Assembly: GCA_016214565.1 (NCBI GenBank)
Contig: JACROE010000002.1
Coordinates: 408,007 to 472,006 of the forward strand
Reading direction: 5' to 3'
DNA from: Candidatus Kerfeldbacteria bacterium
GTDB lineage: Bacteria > Patescibacteriota > Patescibacteriia > UBA10025 > JAHIVO01
DNA length: 64,000 nucleotides
The position numbers and the translations under genes are program-made. The notes under the pieces were generated by a model, which was not told where the DNA came from, did not search any database, and saw only the letters and a list, made by a program, of their open reading frames with translations. Below, one piece after another: positions 48,445-57,500 of the stretch (the stretch's first letter is position 1; each line of letters opens with the position of its first letter).

Positions 48445-49921
48445 AGTGTGGTTTGCTCGCTGTAGTAATCAGTTTGTCGTAGAGTGCTTGATAGGCGCGA
48501 GCTGAGGCTTCCCAGGAAAAATCCAGTTCCATATCATGCATGACTACAGTATGCCATGATTTTGGCTGCTGATAAAGGGTGATCGCTCGCTGGATGGCGC
48601 TGCGGAATGCATCGGCGGTTAATTCGGTGAAGACAAAGCCCTCTCCGTCCGTTCCATCAGCTCGAACCTCGTGCACAGTGTCTTTCAGTCCTCCCGTGGC
48701 TCGGACAATTGGCAGGGCGCCATAGCGCATGGCAATCATCTGTCCTAGGCCGCACGGCTCATAGCGGGAGGGCATGAGGAAAGCGTCGCTGCCGGCATAG
48801 ATCTGATGGGCCAGGGCATTATCAAATCCAATGCGTACCGCAATTGATTCGGGGTGACGTAGCGCCGCGTCGGTCATCAGCTTCTCCAATGTTTCAAGCC
48901 CGGTGCCCAAGACAATGAGCTGGGCGCCCATGGCGGCAATATCATCAGCGATGTCGGCCAGGAGATCGACGCCTTTTTGCTGAGCCAGGCGCGTGACAAT
49001 GGCCAAGAGGGGCTTTTCGGGCGCCGGGGGCAGCCCCATTGTTTTTTGCAGGGCCGCTTTGCAGGCAATTTTGCCGGCACGGTCATTGTTTGAGAATTTT
49101 TTTGTAATTAAGGGATCAGTAGCGGGGTCAAATATACTTACATCAATGCCATTTAAAATGCCGGACAAATCAGCGCGGCGAGTCGCAATGTCTCCCTCCA
49201 GTTTGGCGCCGTATTCTGGGGTGAGTATTTCCTCGGCATACGCCTGCGATACCGCGTTCAGAGCATCGGCGGTTAAGATGCCCTGGCGTAGGCTGATTAA
49301 CATCCCATCTTTTGTATTAGCCAGCACGGGATGGTCTGCTATGGAGAAGCCTAAAAGGTTAAGCACGGTTTCTTGGGTGTACCAGCCCTGGTATTCTAAA
49401 TTGTGAATAGTGAGCAGCGTTTTTGCTTTGGCCAGTTTTGGATCTGATTTACCCAGCACATCCTTGATCAAGGGCACCATGCCAACATGCCAGTCCTGGC
49501 AGTGAATGATGTCGGGGTACCATGCTAGCGCGGCAGGAAGCGCCACGGCGGCCCGGGAAAAGAAAAGGAATCGCTCTGCCTCATGCTTGGTTTTCTCAGG
49601 ACCGGTTATTTCATCAAAATAAATACTCCCTGTACCCAAGTAGTGGGGGTTATCGATGAGATACAGTGGCACTTGGCTATCCGGGATCGTAGTTTGAAAG
49701 ATGCTGATATATTCAGTGGTCCCCGCAAATGCAACGGGCACTTTTTCCGCAACCAGCTTCATTGCATTTGGTGGGAGCGTAATAGTGCTGTATTTTGGCA
49801 TGACTGCTCGGATATCAGTGGTGTTGCTGATAAGTGCTTTGGGTAGGGCGCCAGCCACATCGGCAAGACCACCAACTTTTGCTAATGGTGCTAGTTCAGC
49901 AGCAATAAAGAGTACGTTCAT
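48419..49921 (-). CDS. glgA: Glycogen synthase (GT5)
   Basis: KVGGLADV, HCQDWH, TIHNL.YQG, RL..QKG, PSRYEPCGL.Q; likely start MNVLF. Confidence 0.93.
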   Translation of the reverse strand: MNVLFIAAELAPLAKVGGLADVAGALPKALISNTTDIRAVMPKYSTITLPPNAMKLVAEKVPVAFAGTTEYISIFQTTIPDSQVPLYLIDNPHYLGTGSIYFDEITGPEKTKHEAERFLFFSRAAVALPAALAWYPDIIHCQDWHVGMVPLIKDVLGKSDPKLAKAKTLLTIHNLEYQGWYTQETVLNLLGFSIADHPVLANTKDGMLISLRQGILTADALNAVSQAYAEEILTPEYGAKLEGDIATRRADLSGILNGIDVSIFDPATDPLITKKFSNNDRAGKIACKAALQKTMGLPPAPEKPLLAIVTRLAQQKGVDLLADIADDIAAMGAQLIVLGTGLETLEKLMTDAALRHPESIAVRIGFDNALAHQIYAGSDAFLMPSRYEPCGLGQMIAMRYGALPIVRATGGLKDTVHEVRADGTDGEGFVFTELTADAFRSAIQRAITLYQQPKSWHTVVMHDMELDFSWEASARAYQALYDKLITTASKPHYANVKKNK

Positions 49922-50027
49922 AGGGTGCGTGGAAATATTTGTTTCTGCTATTAGTGTACCATGAAAATCGTTTCCGCCGGTAATTGGCCGAGTCTGGTTT
50001 GGCGCACAAAGCCCGGTGCAATAATAT

Positions 50028-51011
50028 TTACCGGGAAGGAAATTGTGGGTACTGCCGAAGCTGTTTGGCAGCGGCTCGGGCAAGATGAGAAAAGTGAGCG
50101 CGTCGGGGGTAAAAATGATACCCGACTACATTGAAGAGAGATTGAATAAAGACCGTCATATCCCATAGTCGTTTGGCGTCGGGATAGTGGCGATAGGCGT
50201 GTTCGTAATGTTTTTGCCATGCCGCTTGCCAGCGGGGGCGCTCGTGGGCGCGGAGCCACATCGCTACATAGTCATAGGTAGGAAGGGCCCAGCCAATATT
50301 TTCCCAATCAATGATTTTCCATTGTTTCCCGGCGCGAAGGAAATGCGCCGGATACAGTTCTTGGTGTGCCAGTACGCGCGGGGCACGTTTGAATACTTTG
50401 TCGGCTGCCATAAAATATGGTCGACAGCTGGCAGCAAATCCCGGCTGTTGCATAAAGGTGTCTACTAACTGCGCGTAGGGTGCGATAAATTTCCACAGGA
50501 AGCTCGGCAATTGCGGAGAATAGAGCAGTGATTGAAAAGATTTGGGGAAGACGCTAATTTTTTGTTGCTGCAGTGAGGCGAGTGTTGTTCCTATCTGTCG
50601 TTGTGAAGATTGATTGAAAAATGAGTTTACATATTTTGTTTCATTGTGTGGCTGCAGTGCGCCTGTACCACGTATTTCTTCGCGGATGTACCAGGCATGT
50701 GGACTGATACCCCCATGCCATACGCGTGGCGTGGCGCGTGAAAGTGGTGAGCGTAATTTTTGAATGGTCGATAGGAAGAGGTATTCCCTCCCCAGTTTTT
50801 CATTCGTCAATCGCTCCTGAGCGATCGGTCGTATGGTCATTTTAAATATTGCGGGTCGTCCGTGGTATGTACCGCTCGCCAAAAAATACCGCGGACCACG
50901 GGAACGTATTTGGGTAAGGTGAAACTTTTTTTCTTCCATCAACGCAGTGATGCGTGCCATTAGCCGGCGTTGCGCCGGAGCAGAGAGTGGCGGATGTTTT
51001 CCCATCACCAT
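50028..51011 (-). CDS. APH-like kinase-fold protein with non-canonical catalytic loop
   Basis: AIFKM, WYIREEI, LAHQELYPAHF, IIDWE.IG...P.YD. Confidence 0.75.
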   Translation of the reverse strand: MVMGKHPPLSAPAQRRLMARITALMEEKKFHLTQIRSRGPRYFLASGTYHGRPAIFKMTIRPIAQERLTNEKLGREYLFLSTIQKLRSPLSRATPRVWHGGISPHAWYIREEIRGTGALQPHNETKYVNSFFNQSSQRQIGTTLASLQQQKISVFPKSFQSLLYSPQLPSFLWKFIAPYAQLVDTFMQQPGFAASCRPYFMAADKVFKRAPRVLAHQELYPAHFLRAGKQWKIIDWENIGWALPTYDYVAMWLRAHERPRWQAAWQKHYEHAYRHYPDAKRLWDMTVFIQSLFNVVGYHFYPRRAHFSHLARAAAKQLRQYPQFPSR

Positions 51012-51013
51012 AG

Positions 51014-52396
51014 TTAGTGTTTGGTGGTCAGCTGATCTTGTTTTTCTTTAAGCTCGTTGACTCGATTGCGGATTTGGGCGGCGCGTTCGTATTCCTGAGC
51101 ATCTGCTGCTTCGTGCATTTGCTTCTCGAGATTGTCCAGCATTTGCTTGAATTCATCAGCCGGAATATAGGGGATGTCAGTGGTGATGCGCTGGGTCACA
51201 TCTTCGTCGGCTGATTTGGCCATAACGTCTACCTTGCCGCTGCGTTGCCATTCAAAAGCAGTGAAGATAATATTTTGATACAGTTCTTGAGCGTGCATTT
51301 TCTCTTGCTCTGAGAGTTGAGAGCGCTGCACTATTTCCTTGAGATCTTTGGCGCCCGCTTCTATCATTTCGATACTCCACCAGGGCATCGCTGACGCCCA
51401 CCAGTACTGGTCAGAGTGTACACCGCGGTCAAGCCGCTCGCGCAATACGGGGTAATCAGGATGGGTGGGACCTAATTTTTCCACGGCGGAAATAGCCATA
51501 TAGGTGAGCTCCCATTGCATGGCATGGATTTCATTATCCTTATCCTGCCAGCGGGAATACGGTGTGTTTTGTTCAATATCCCGTTTCATCAGTGCCCACG
51601 ATGATGGTCGGGGGTCAATGGCTGCTCGTTTAGAAAAATGGCTTGGCAGATCGCTGAGGGTGGCAGCGGTGAGCTCTGGTGTCTCATAGAGGTCAAACAG
51701 GAGCTGCTCAAGACCGGGGCGATGGTGTCCAAACGTTTCCCCATCCATTGCCGTGATGAGGTATTCATTATTATTCACTCGTTCGCCAAGTAGTTTCACT
51801 AGCATGCTTCCGGAAAAGACGCTCATGCCAATTTCTGCGGAAAGGATGCGGAAACTGGCGGCTCGCTCTCGGAAAAAAACAAAGAAGTCATCAAAACCTT
51901 TGAGCGCATAAATAGTTGACCAGTCAACCTGGTTTAGGTCGCCTGAGTGAGCCAACTCATCCAAAATCATCCAGCGATATCCGAGCTTGGCGACTGTTTC
52001 GCCAACCGCACGGCTATAGGCCATTTCGGGCGGGAAAAATCCGGTTGGATTGTAAATGTCACCAAAGAATTTTTTATTAGTGATGGTGTTGAGTTCAATT
52101 TGGCGCTTGATTTCAGATTCTGGCATGAGAGGGAGGAAGGGGTGGTATTTGGCGCTGGCGGTCAATTCAATTTGCCCCTTCTCTGCTAAGAATCTAATAT
52201 CGCGAATAACATCTTTACAATTATATCGATCAAAGAGTTCGGTCAAGCCAGCGTTAATATTAAGTGTTAGTTTGGCGCTGGGGTGTTTTTTGAGGCCGCT
52301 CATGAGTTTGCGGTAGCTCTCATTGGCGATTTTTTTTACCCAATATTCTTTTTGGGTGGGTGGTTGATAGATATGGAGAAAGTTTGCCCAATACAT
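51014..52396 (-). CDS. GH57 glycoside hydrolase with C-terminal UVR coiled coil
   Basis: HIYQP, YHPFLPL, GFFPPEMA, MDGETFGHH, SDQYWW; tail LEKQMHEAADAQEYERAAQIRN. Confidence 0.88.
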   Translation of the reverse strand: MYWANFLHIYQPPTQKEYWVKKIANESYRKLMSGLKKHPSAKLTLNINAGLTELFDRYNCKDVIRDIRFLAEKGQIELTASAKYHPFLPLMPESEIKRQIELNTITNKKFFGDIYNPTGFFPPEMAYSRAVGETVAKLGYRWMILDELAHSGDLNQVDWSTIYALKGFDDFFVFFRERAASFRILSAEIGMSVFSGSMLVKLLGERVNNNEYLITAMDGETFGHHRPGLEQLLFDLYETPELTAATLSDLPSHFSKRAAIDPRPSSWALMKRDIEQNTPYSRWQDKDNEIHAMQWELTYMAISAVEKLGPTHPDYPVLRERLDRGVHSDQYWWASAMPWWSIEMIEAGAKDLKEIVQRSQLSEQEKMHAQELYQNIIFTAFEWQRSGKVDVMAKSADEDVTQRITTDIPYIPADEFKQMLDNLEKQMHEAADAQEYERAAQIRNRVNELKEKQDQLTTKH

Positions 52397-52404
52397 AGGT
52401 GTGG

Positions 52405-53637
52405 TTATGATGAAGTTATTTTTTTGCCCCCAATATAATGAACATAGGTATACGGGCTCGCCGCGAGATACCGATCCGCGATGCGCTTGAATCGATTTTG
52501 TTTTTGCCAGACCTCGGCAGTATGGATAATATGATCGGCGTATGTTTGTGCCCAACGTTGTTTTGGTGCAAGGAGATTGGCTAACTCAACCCATTCGGTT
52601 GCTTTGGACACTATGATTTTTTGGCTCCACCACGGTTTGGCTGAGGCCCACCACCATTGGTCTGACGCACAATATTGATCAAGCAATGTACGTGCTTTGG
52701 AATATTCAGGATGTTTTACGCTTTTTTGTACCAGCGCAATCACTCGACTACATAATTGCCATTGTAACTGGTGGATAGAATTGGTTGCGTCATCCCAAAG
52801 AATATAGGGCTGCCGTCGTCGTAATTCTTCAGGTCGGGAAGACCAACTAGAACGACGTGGGGTGGTTGGTCGCGCGACTGGCGTTTGTTTAATTAATTCT
52901 GAAATAGTAACTGTTTGCACGCGCTTGTTGGTCACCAGTCGTTCCCAAAGCCGTTCGGCGCCGGGGCGATGATGACCCAGGGTTTCGCCGTCCATGGCGG
53001 TAATAAATGCATGACCGGTATAGGCGGTGTGATCAACCTCATCCCAGAATGCGTTTGGTTTATTCAGCGGGATATGAAAGGCGATATAATCACTAAGCCA
53101 TTTATTTCGATAGATGACCGTTTGACCAGTGTGTGTATGTCGGTAGCGAAATGTAGGATCAATGGCACCTAATTCCCCACGCTGGGCAATTTCATCCAAG
53201 ATGAACCAGCGGAATCCCAGCTGTTGAGTGAGCGTAGCGACACGGGGGTCATACGCCATTTCTGGGAAGAAAAATCCTCGTGGTTGGTAGATTGATCCAA
53301 AATAGGCACGATTAACTTTTGTATTACGTTCAATTTGGCGCAACACTTCGTGACTTGGCAATTTAGGCAGTATCGGATGATAGATAGCCGAGCCCACTAG
53401 TTCAACTTGTCCACGCCGGGCAGCGGCAGTAATGAGACGAATGATGTCTCGGTACCCATGGTGGGCAAGCTGTTCAGTCAGCGATGCGCTCACGTTGAGG
53501 GTGATATGAATGTGGGGATGTCGTCGGAGTACCTGTAACAGTGGTCGGTAACTCTCACGAACGACTTTTCGAATAATCTGGAGCGACCACTGGGGTGGTT
53601 GGTAGATATGGAAAAAATTTGCCCAAGTTATTCTCAT
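52405..53637 (-). CDS. GH57 glycoside hydrolase (tandem paralog)
   Basis: HIYQP, YHPILP, GFFFPEMA, MDGETLGHH, SDQWWW. Confidence 0.88.
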   Translation of the reverse strand: MRITWANFFHIYQPPQWSLQIIRKVVRESYRPLLQVLRRHPHIHITLNVSASLTEQLAHHGYRDIIRLITAAARRGQVELVGSAIYHPILPKLPSHEVLRQIERNTKVNRAYFGSIYQPRGFFFPEMAYDPRVATLTQQLGFRWFILDEIAQRGELGAIDPTFRYRHTHTGQTVIYRNKWLSDYIAFHIPLNKPNAFWDEVDHTAYTGHAFITAMDGETLGHHRPGAERLWERLVTNKRVQTVTISELIKQTPVARPTTPRRSSWSSRPEELRRRQPYILWDDATNSIHQLQWQLCSRVIALVQKSVKHPEYSKARTLLDQYCASDQWWWASAKPWWSQKIIVSKATEWVELANLLAPKQRWAQTYADHIIHTAEVWQKQNRFKRIADRYLAASPYTYVHYIGGKKITSS

Positions 53638-55109
53638 GCGCGTTTGCTTTTGTTTTTTTTAGCCAGCGCGTATAGTTGGACGTACTTCTGCGCAGGCAAT
53701 TCCCAGGAATAGGTTTGTTGCATACCGCGGCGCATAAGTTCTTCCCAGGCACTTGGGTATTTATAGTTTTCCATTGCCCGGGCGACGGCGATTAAGAAAT
53801 CGGCCGTGCTGTAATGCTTGAAGACGAAACCATTGCCTTTTCGGGTGCGGGGATTGAAATTAGTTACGGTGTCTGAAAGTCCGCCGGTTTCATGAACGAT
53901 CGGCACGGAGCCGTACCGTAGGCTGATTAATTGCGACAGTCCGCAGGGCTCAAAGCGCGATGGCATCAGGAACATATCAGAACCTGCATACGTTAATGAG
54001 GCTAGCTCCTCGGTAAACGGAGTATAGATGCCAATCTTTTTTGGGTGTTTTTTTGCAATGCGCTTAAAGAAGGCGATGTACTCCCGAAAACCGCTACCCA
54101 CAATGACCATTTGTAGTGGTAGACGGATAAGTACGTCGATTGATTCCATGATTAAGCGAAATCCTTTTTGTTCGGTGAGGCGGTTCACCACGCCGATTAA
54201 GGGGATATCGGGATTTTGGTCGAGCCTAACTTTTTTTTGCAATGCCAGTTTGTTTTTTTTCTTCCGGGAGAGTGAGCTAACGTCGAATGGGTAGGGCAAG
54301 TTATTATCAAAGGCTGGGTTATTGACGGCGTAATCAATGCCATTGATAATGCCGTAGAGGTCGCTTTTGCGTTGGCGTAGCAATCGATCTAGGCCCTGTC
54401 CGAGTTCTGGTGTTGTGATTTCTTCGGCATACCGCTCGCTGACCGTATTGATCAAATCAGCATACACGATGCCACGCTTGGTGAAATTAAGATTGGCGAT
54501 TTGCTGCGACGCAGTTTTCGTTGGGTCGCCTCGTCCGGGGTCTATTTTTTTAATAGGCACTTCCCACCAATTACTCCCCATTTGGTAGGTAAGATTGTGC
54601 AGCGTATAAAGTGTGGCAGTCCGTTTGAGTGAAGGATAGCGATTACGATGTTTAGATAAGAAGTTAGGGATCAGCCCGGTTTGCCAATCATGGCAGTGTA
54701 TGACGTCAGGACGGAGTTTCAAAAGTTCAATCAATTTCAGAGTAGCAATGTTAAATACAAAGAAGCGCAGATTGTCGTTTGGGTAGCCATAAATATGGGA
54801 GCGGCTGCCGAAGAGTTGGTTGTTATGGATAAATAGTATTGTCAGGTGACGATTATACTGTAATTTATTAAAGGTGATACTATACTTTGTTTTACCTACT
54901 GAGACGGTGGCTTTCCCCGGAACCGCCACCATATTAAGATTTTGCTGCTGCATGAATTTATAAAACGGGGTGATCAAATACACCGTGTGTCCATTTTCAG
55001 ACAGGGCTTTGGGCAATGATTTGGCCACATCGGCCAAACCGCCGGTTTTGGAATACGGCGCCACCTCTGAGGCAACACTGACAATGCGTAATTTTTTTGC
55101 TGCAGCCAT
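53634..55109 (-). CDS. glgA: Glycogen synthase (GT5), second paralog
   Basis: KTGGLADV, HCHDWQ, RLTEQKG, PSRFEPCGLSQ. Confidence 0.93.
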   Translation of the reverse strand: MAAAKKLRIVSVASEVAPYSKTGGLADVAKSLPKALSENGHTVYLITPFYKFMQQQNLNMVAVPGKATVSVGKTKYSITFNKLQYNRHLTILFIHNNQLFGSRSHIYGYPNDNLRFFVFNIATLKLIELLKLRPDVIHCHDWQTGLIPNFLSKHRNRYPSLKRTATLYTLHNLTYQMGSNWWEVPIKKIDPGRGDPTKTASQQIANLNFTKRGIVYADLINTVSERYAEEITTPELGQGLDRLLRQRKSDLYGIINGIDYAVNNPAFDNNLPYPFDVSSLSRKKKNKLALQKKVRLDQNPDIPLIGVVNRLTEQKGFRLIMESIDVLIRLPLQMVIVGSGFREYIAFFKRIAKKHPKKIGIYTPFTEELASLTYAGSDMFLMPSRFEPCGLSQLISLRYGSVPIVHETGGLSDTVTNFNPRTRKGNGFVFKHYSTADFLIAVARAMENYKYPSAWEELMRRGMQQTYSWELPAQKYVQLYALAKKNKSKRA

Positions 55110-55115
55110 AGAGAT

Positions 55116-55613
55116 TTAGGTGGGGAGATGGGTGTGTGCGCCGCACAGGGCGATAGCTAATGCATCAGCCATATCATCCGGTCGTGGCAGGGAGCGCAAT
55201 TTGAGGATTTGTTTAACCATTTTTTGCATCTGGGATTTATCCGCCTGGCCATAGCCAGTGACTGCTTGTTTGACTTGAAGGGGGGTAAATTCGCAGATGC
55301 GGCAGCCCATCTGGATTGCGGCGAGGTAAGCAACGCCGCGGGCTTGGCCAACCGTAAGTGCGGTCGTAACATTCCGAGCAAAAAATAATTGTTCAATAGC
55401 GACGACGTCGGGGCGGTACCGCTGCATCAGGCCAGTCAGATCGTCATAGATAGTGTGCAGTCGTTTACCGAATGCCATCTGGGCTGGCGTCGTGACCGTA
55501 CCTGCGCTGATGATGTGGTATCCGGTTGCCCGTTCCTGGATAATGCCATATCCGGTTGTGGCGAGGCCCGGATCAATCCCCATGATGATGGGCTTCGGTT
55601 TAGATTTCCGCAT
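55116..55613 (-). CDS. ruvC: Holliday junction resolvase RuvC
   Basis: GIDPG, AIEQLFF, QARGV, VKQAVTGYG.A.K, DD.ADALA. Confidence 0.96.
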   Translation of the reverse strand: MRKSKPKPIIMGIDPGLATTGYGIIQERATGYHIISAGTVTTPAQMAFGKRLHTIYDDLTGLMQRYRPDVVAIEQLFFARNVTTALTVGQARGVAYLAAIQMGCRICEFTPLQVKQAVTGYGQADKSQMQKMVKQILKLRSLPRPDDMADALAIALCGAHTHLPT

Positions 55614-56322
55614 TGGTAAAGATATTGGTAACGTCTTCGCTTTCCTCTAGCTCTTCAATAAGTTTTTGGATGCCGTTGCGTCCTGCTTCATCCAGGGGCA
55701 CGGTGGATTGGGGGACTGATTCGATTTCGGTACTGGTGAGGCGGAATTGATTTTTTTCAAGATGTTTTTTGAGGCTGGGCAATGATTCTGGCGTGCTGGT
55801 GATCGTGAATCCTTCGGGATCAGTACGAATATCTTCGGCGCCACCTTCGATGGCCGCTAATTCAAATGCTTCAGGATCGCTCACGTCTTCTCGATCAACG
55901 CGGATAATCCCTTTTGACGTAAACATCCAGCGAACGCTATTGGTACTTCCTAAATTAGCATTATTATGTGAGAGTATTCGTTTGATGTCGCTGGCGGTGC
56001 GGTTTTTATTGTCGGTGGCCGCCTCAATAATGACGGCTACACCATGGGGGCCATAGGCTTCATAAACAACCTCTTCGATGATAGCGCCTTCACCAACTCC
56101 GGCGGCACGCTGGATAGCCCGTTCGATGTTATCATTTGGCATATTAGCGGAGCGTGCCGTATCAATCGCCATGCGTAATCGAAAATTCATTTCCGGATCC
56201 GGGCCACCCTGCTTAGCCGCAACGGAAATACCCTTTGCTAATTTGGTAAAAAGGCCACTACGACGTTGGTCGGTGACCGCTTTTTGACGTTTAATTTGTG
56301 CCCATTTCGAGTGACCAGACAT
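55600..56322 (-). CDS. yebC: YebC/PmpR family protein
   Basis: MSGHSKW..IKRQK, YE.YGP.G, TDNKNRT. Confidence 0.95.
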   Translation of the reverse strand: MSGHSKWAQIKRQKAVTDQRRSGLFTKLAKGISVAAKQGGPDPEMNFRLRMAIDTARSANMPNDNIERAIQRAAGVGEGAIIEEVVYEAYGPHGVAVIIEAATDNKNRTASDIKRILSHNNANLGSTNSVRWMFTSKGIIRVDREDVSDPEAFELAAIEGGAEDIRTDPEGFTITSTPESLPSLKKHLEKNQFRLTSTEIESVPQSTVPLDEAGRNGIQKLIEELEESEDVTNIFTNAEI

Positions 56323-56423
56323 AGCGCTACCGATGGGTGAAAAATATTCTGATAACCTTTGTACTATACCATATTTTTGTGTTATTATCAATGGTATCAC
56401 GTTAAACTTTCACCGTCTTTTTT

Positions 56424-57497
56424 ATGCGGATTTTAGATAATCGATCGGTCGTAAAACGATATGATCGTTCTGGTATGCTCGGTTCGATTGAATCACTTGC
56501 TTTGCAATGCCAGCAGGCCTGGGATGACACTCGACACATCATTGTTCCTCCAGCATTTCGCAGGGTGCGGCACATTGTGATAAACGCTATGGGCGGTTCG
56601 GCGCTTGGCGCTGATGTTATTCGTACTGTTTTTCAAGATCGGCTACCGTTACCGCTGATACTGACCAATCAGTATACCGTTCCGAAATTTGTTGATCGGG
56701 ATACATTATATATAGTATCGAGTTATTCAGGCACAACCGAGGAAATAACCGCAAGTATCGCGCCAGCCGTTCGTGCTCGAGCAAAGTTAATGATTATATG
56801 CGCCGGAGGAACCCTCGCTCGCTACGCTCGCCAGCATAAAATCCCCGCATATATTTTCACTCCACGATTTAACCCATCCCAACAGCCGCGCATGGCAGTC
56901 GGATATTCAGTGGCTGGGATTCTGGGTTTACTGTGCCAAGCTGGGCTGCTCAAAATTACTCAATCTGAATTTAATCAGGTAATTAGACAGATTGTGATGG
57001 CGCACGCATCGTTGGGCATAGCACGCCCAACCGTGCGTAATGTGGCTAAACAAACGGCTCAGGCGGTGCATGGTCGGGTGCCGGTGATTATTGCAGCCGA
57101 GCATCTATCGGGGATTGCTCACGTTATGGCAAATCAAGTGAACGAAAATAGCAAAGCGTTTTCCAATTTTTTTCTTATTTCGGAAATGAATCACCATTTG
57201 ATGGAGGGTCTGCGTTTCCCGAGGTCTAATAAGCGAAATTTAGGGTTTATTTTTTTGGAATCACGCTCGTATCATCCACGGAATCAGCGGCGCTTTGCCA
57301 TTACTCAGCGCGTGTTGACTCGGGCCGGCATTCCTTTTGTCCGGTATCAGGTGAAGGGGCCCACGGTGTTTGCTGAGGCGATGCAGGCGTTGACATTTTC
57401 TGGGTATGTTGGTTTTTATGGCGCGTTGCTCAATAAGATTGACCCGTCACCGATACCGGTGGTTGATTATTTCAAAAAAGAATTGTCTCGGTCCTGA
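56424..57497 (+). CDS. Bifunctional phosphoglucose/phosphomannose isomerase (SIS)
   Basis: MGGSALG, SSYSGTTEE, QPR.A, NENSK, EMNHH. Confidence 0.88.
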   Translation: MRILDNRSVVKRYDRSGMLGSIESLALQCQQAWDDTRHIIVPPAFRRVRHIVINAMGGSALGADVIRTVFQDRLPLPLILTNQYTVPKFVDRDTLYIVSSYSGTTEEITASIAPAVRARAKLMIICAGGTLARYARQHKIPAYIFTPRFNPSQQPRMAVGYSVAGILGLLCQAGLLKITQSEFNQVIRQIVMAHASLGIARPTVRNVAKQTAQAVHGRVPVIIAAEHLSGIAHVMANQVNENSKAFSNFFLISEMNHHLMEGLRFPRSNKRNLGFIFLESRSYHPRNQRRFAITQRVLTRAGIPFVRYQVKGPTVFAEAMQALTFSGYVGFYGALLNKIDPSPIPVVDYFKKELSRS

Positions 57498-57500
57498 CAA

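Noticed and set aside
49922-50083. N-terminal extensions in the ORF track (glgA, also GH57 to 52555, yebC to 56400, tsaD, tsaE, flippase)
   Set aside because: Family-typical N-termini begin at downstream ATGs, and several extensions overlap neighbouring genes or promoters.
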